Positions 60,560-64,000 of a stretch of DNA of 64,000 bases are shown here, piece after piece. A model generated the notes under the pieces. The model saw nothing but the letters and a program-made list of their open reading frames with translations, was not told where the DNA came from and made no database searches. Position 1 is the first letter of the stretch. Each line of letters opens with the position of its first letter. The stretch is from Cyanophyceae cyanobacterium. Its GTDB lineage: Bacteria > Cyanobacteriota > Cyanobacteriia > Cyanobacteriales > Laspinemataceae. Position numbers and translations under genes: made by a program. The stretch spans positions 32,001 through 96,000 of the forward strand of contig JBBQFN010000005.1 of NCBI GenBank assembly GCA_038321985.1, read 5' to 3'.

Positions 60560-61672
60560 CTAACCCACTACCCAATTTCCGAGAGATTCAATGGAATCCA
60601 AAAAATCCGGGGGTTCCAGGGCAGTCGCCTCCGATTTAGGTGGGGGTGAGAACACCGCCGGAGAGAACATCTCCCACATGGTTCGTAAGTAGGGGACAAA
60701 TAGATGGTACTCTTCCACTGTGAGCCGATCGCCTAGATGTTGTCCTAACAGATTAAGCATTTGGCGCACCAGTTCCCACTGTACCCCCAACGCTGGATAC
60801 AGCATCACACACAAAGGAAATAACTCTTGTTGTACCGACGCAATACTTTGTTCGAGTACACAAGCCCACAGATACACTTGAAACATCTCCACATCGCGAA
60901 GGCTAGATTTTCGGACCCTTTTATCACTCAGGTAGCCACTGTTAGTTCGATATTGGGGGTACAGTTCCGTAATGCGATCGCAGATTTCTGTAGCAATCTC
61001 AGAACTGACCGGCAACAATTTTCTAACCGCCTGCAAGGGGCCGTTGTTCCATTCCAATTCGGCTGCTGCTTCATAAACCCGTTGCAGGGGCAAATTTAAG
61101 TAGTCCTGAATTACCCTAAAATAACCTTCTAAGTGCGATCGCTCCATCTCGGAAACCTGCTGCAATAACAACTGTCCCGTATAGTAAAATTGCAAATTAA
61201 CCCAGCTAATCGTCAACGGTTCCGAGGCGGCGTATGCTTGGCGCAATCGTCCCAATATCGGTGCGATCGCCCCGGCGAGTTGTTGAGGAGAGTTGCCCTG
61301 TGCATACAGTTCCAGTGCTTCTTCATAAACTTGATGGACTTTCGACGTAATCTCCCAGGAATTCAGATTTTGGGAGTGAATGGCATAATGTTTTAAAGCC
61401 TGTGCTAATAGAATTTCGGTTTTTGACAACCCTTGAGCAATACATAAGCGCAATGACTGCCGCAGGGTAGCCGCCACCCGTTCTCGGGTCATTAACTCCG
61501 ACTCATCAACCCCATCGCGATCGCCCTGGTTCTCTTGAACTTGAGAATCCGAATTTAGCTTCTGTACATAGCGCTTCGCCCATTCTTGCGCGAACGAAGT
61601 CACCGGGGAAACTTCGGTCTCCGAAGGCCATCGAATATAACGAGCATAACGTCCAGCGATCGGTTTATTCAT
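60560..61672 (-). CDS. Hypothetical all-alpha protein with a divergent phycobiliprotein/globin-like domain
   Basis: 370-aa ORF; aa ~224-336 align by eye with allophycocyanin alpha (SSLRD vs TCLRD, LYPALG vs MYKSLG); confidence refers to the CDS, the fold call is about 0.6. Confidence 0.8.
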   Translation of the reverse strand: MNKPIAGRYARYIRWPSETEVSPVTSFAQEWAKRYVQKLNSDSQVQENQGDRDGVDESELMTRERVAATLRQSLRLCIAQGLSKTEILLAQALKHYAIHSQNLNSWEITSKVHQVYEEALELYAQGNSPQQLAGAIAPILGRLRQAYAASEPLTISWVNLQFYYTGQLLLQQVSEMERSHLEGYFRVIQDYLNLPLQRVYEAAAELEWNNGPLQAVRKLLPVSSEIATEICDRITELYPQYRTNSGYLSDKRVRKSSLRDVEMFQVYLWACVLEQSIASVQQELFPLCVMLYPALGVQWELVRQMLNLLGQHLGDRLTVEEYHLFVPYLRTMWEMFSPAVFSPPPKSEATALEPPDFLDSIESLGNWVVG

Positions 61673-62064
61673 GATTTTGACTTTCCTGGAAATTGAGCGG
61701 GGGTTCGGCTAAAGGTGCTAAAGATGCAAGTTAAATTTGTAAATCTATCCCCCGGTTATATCTGAGATAGCAGAGGTTAAATATTCAACGTTACTTTCAA
61801 ATTTTAACTTTTTTTAAGTTTTCTCTCTACCCTCCCTGGAAACCCTCAGAAGTTTGGCCCTCTTCTCCAGGCACAAGAGAGGGTTATCAGGCATCCCCAA
61901 TGAAAAGCAAAGCGGGGAAGGTTTTCAGTAGGTTTTTTACAAAACCTCCTCGGGTAGGGTAGGCCCCTAAAGGAACACCCGATTCTGGCAAACCCGCCTC
62001 TGAAAAGAAAGTATTTTTACTTATAGCTATTTCATCAAAGGGGTGATATAGTTAGAGATTGTTA

Positions 62065-62137
62065 GGGCACGTAGCTCAGGGGATAGAGCACCAGATTCCG
62101 GTTCTGGGTGTCGGGGGTTCAAATCCCTCCGTGCTCG
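62065..62137 (+). tRNA. trnR: tRNA-Arg (CCG)
   Basis: Acceptor GGGCACG/CGTGCTC, D arm GCTC/GAGC, anticodon stem CCAGA/TCTGG with loop TTCCGGT, GTTCAAATC T-loop. Confidence 0.97.
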
Positions 62138-62162
62138 TTGGATGATTTTCAAAGACTCCACT

Positions 62163-62196
62163 AAAAAAGGGGCTGGTTTTAAACCGGCTCCTTTTT
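62163..62196. terminator. Bidirectional terminator between tRNA-Arg and kaiC
   Basis: AAAAAAGGGGCTGGTT..AACCGGCTCCTTTTT. Confidence 0.75.
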
Positions 62197-62208
62197 GCCT
62201 AAATCCCT

Positions 62209-63771
62209 TTAAATATCTTCCCCGCCTTTTCCCTGCACCCCTTTCACAATTCGGGAGAGTTCGGTTTTTTCGTCTACCGAAATCCGGGACGGAGAACCAC
62301 TGATAATTCGTTCGTAATTGCGGAACGAATCTTTAATTTCCGGCCCTTGATGGCTAATCGAGTATTCTCGGATGCCTTTATCATGCCAAGAACCGCGCAT
62401 TTTAAAAACGTTAATAGCTCGGGACATTTCCCCGCGAATTTCCACATACTGCAACATTAAAATCGTATCCGTAATCGTAGAAATATGGGATTCCGTAATC
62501 GAATGAGCACCCATAAATTGATCGGTGGTATTGGTAAAAAAGCCCGTAATTTCTTCTTGTTTGGCATACCCGGTTACACCAATCACAAATTGACGAAATG
62601 CATTATTACTGACTCCGCGAGCTAACGCAGAAAGCGAGTCAATCGCAATCCGAGCCGGTTTAAATTCAGAAATATCAGTTTTAATGATTTGTAAATGGTC
62701 TTCCAACCCGGCAGACTCGGGATAAGCGCAGAGGATTCTCAACAATCCCTTTTCTTCTAGTTCTTCAAAATCAATGCCCCAGGAGTAAGCATTTCTGAGG
62801 AGTTGAGCGCGGGATTCTTCGTAGGCAAACAACATCGCCCGTTGACCATTTTGGCAGGCATCCTCCACAAATTTACTCACCAACAGAGTTTTTCCAGTGC
62901 CGGTTGCGCCGGTTGCTAGAATGATAGAATCCTTAAAAAATCCACCGCCACACATGGTATCCAGGGTTTTGACCCCGGATGAAACCCGAACATTTGAGGA
63001 GCGTTGCGTGAGGCGCATTGCCCCCAAGGGGAAGATATTAATCCCTTCATTGGTAATCGTGAAAGGATATTCCCCTTTCATGTGGGTTGTGCCACGCAAT
63101 TTCAAGATTTCTAGGGTACGGCGGCGACGTTCTCCCTCTAAAACGTTCCGAACAATCACCACATTATCAGAGACGAATTCTTCTACCCCAAACCGAGCCA
63201 CGGGTCCATATTCTTCAACTCGTTCCGTGGTCATAACAGTAGTCGCACCCACTTGTTTTAGACGGGCGACTAGGCGAAAAATTTCGCGGCGCACGACTGA
63301 GGCAGCATCATATTGTTGAAATACTGCCGTTACCGAGTCAATTGAGACGCGTTTGGCTTTGTATTTGCGAATAGCATACTGAATCCGCTCAATCAGTGCA
63401 GAAAGGTCAAAATTCCCCACCACATCTTGTCCCTCTGGATCCGGCGAAGCATCGAGAATAAAAAGTTTACCTTGATCAATTAAACCTTGCAGGTCCCACC
63501 CAAAACTATAAGCATTTTTGATAATATCGCTGGGAGATTCTTCAAAAGTCACGAAGACCCCGGGTTCCTCAAACAAGGTGATCCCGTTATAGAGAAACTG
63601 GATTGCAAATAAGGTTTTACCCGTCCCTGATGTGCCGCTAACTAACGTCGTTCTGCCGACGGGCATCCCGCCATGACTGATGTCGTCAAAGCCCTCAATC
63701 ATAGTCCGGATTTTATGGACGCCTAGGGGCATACGTTCTTCACTTTGTCCAGATAGCTTATTCAGATTCAT
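62209..63771 (-). CDS. kaiC: Circadian clock protein KaiC (double-domain, canonical)
   Basis: GTSGTGKT and GATGTGKT P-loops; SHISTITDT phosphosite pair; C-terminal ISVDEKTELSRI tail. Confidence 0.98.
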   Translation of the reverse strand: MNLNKLSGQSEERMPLGVHKIRTMIEGFDDISHGGMPVGRTTLVSGTSGTGKTLFAIQFLYNGITLFEEPGVFVTFEESPSDIIKNAYSFGWDLQGLIDQGKLFILDASPDPEGQDVVGNFDLSALIERIQYAIRKYKAKRVSIDSVTAVFQQYDAASVVRREIFRLVARLKQVGATTVMTTERVEEYGPVARFGVEEFVSDNVVIVRNVLEGERRRRTLEILKLRGTTHMKGEYPFTITNEGINIFPLGAMRLTQRSSNVRVSSGVKTLDTMCGGGFFKDSIILATGATGTGKTLLVSKFVEDACQNGQRAMLFAYEESRAQLLRNAYSWGIDFEELEEKGLLRILCAYPESAGLEDHLQIIKTDISEFKPARIAIDSLSALARGVSNNAFRQFVIGVTGYAKQEEITGFFTNTTDQFMGAHSITESHISTITDTILMLQYVEIRGEMSRAINVFKMRGSWHDKGIREYSISHQGPEIKDSFRNYERIISGSPSRISVDEKTELSRIVKGVQGKGGEDI

Positions 63772-63874
63772 AGAGTGAGTTTAAAAATGATAAAAAGGCT
63801 AGGGGTCAGGAACAATAGACCTAGAATTATAAATTAATTAAGGGAAGTTGAGACAAGAGTGAACCGAGAGTTTT

Positions 63875-64000
63875 TCACTCAAATTCTCGTTCTTCTCGTA
63901 ATTCTTCATAGAGGAGATCTAAGCCGATCAAGACTTTTTCACGGTCCGAGAGGTCTCCGATAATTTTACGAACAGGAGGGGGCAGTATTTTGGAAAGAGT
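63875..64000 (-). CDS. kaiB: Circadian clock protein KaiB, 3' part (5'-truncated by window edge)
   Basis: Hand translation ...[41 protein letters not shown]. Confidence 0.96.
   Translation of the reverse strand, partial: TLSKILPPPVRKIIGDLSDREKVLIGLDLLYEELREEREFE

Noticed and set aside
62065..62200. tRNA-Arg as integration site of an island
   Set aside because: No duplicated tRNA 3' end or integrase seen; kaiC follows directly
1..64000. Highly over-represented GCGATCGC octamer
   Set aside because: Well-known cyanobacterial HIP1; useful only as a taxonomic clue
62209..64000. Unusual kai variant
   Set aside because: KaiC has the canonical two domains, ST phosphosites and C-terminal tail, with kaiB directly upstream

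Overview
A 64-kb stretch of core chromosome from a filamentous cyanobacterium. It is Oscillatoriales-like (resembling Oscillatoria acuminata/Laspinema), inferred from dense HIP1 (GCGATCGC) octamers, psbM, kaiBC and the repeat families. It holds about 53 CDSs. These include EPS/glycosylation genes (three GT4s, wzc, a WcaJ-like transferase), cofactor and housekeeping genes (pgeF, birA, ribE, cobT-like, pgsA, surE, truB), a Crp regulator, a CpcS-type bilin lyase, psbM with a ferredoxin, TolC, a Cu P1B-ATPase cluster, a vWA protein, rubredoxin, an 8-PAS/GAF histidine kinase, a PaO-like Rieske oxygenase, kaiC and the 3' end of kaiB, plus tRNA-Arg(CCG). I saw no transposase, integrase, prophage or CRISPR-Cas. 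Intergenic regions carry many REP-like GTAG-hairpin repeats. The most interesting observations are: (1) a 370-aa hypothetical protein whose C-terminal half aligns by eye without gaps to allophycocyanin, with the bilin Cys replaced by Ser, and which may be a tandem phycobiliprotein/globin-fold protein; (2) a gene pair encoding a coiled-coil plus acidic disordered scaffold with repeated DD[LIF]F motifs and a divergent actin/Hsp70-fold ATPase; (3) a switch-like RNA structure upstream of truB; (4) a HEAT protein that looks like a NACHT protein missing its NACHT head; (5) a REP family with covarying stems. All homology calls come from motif recognition and memory, not from database searches.
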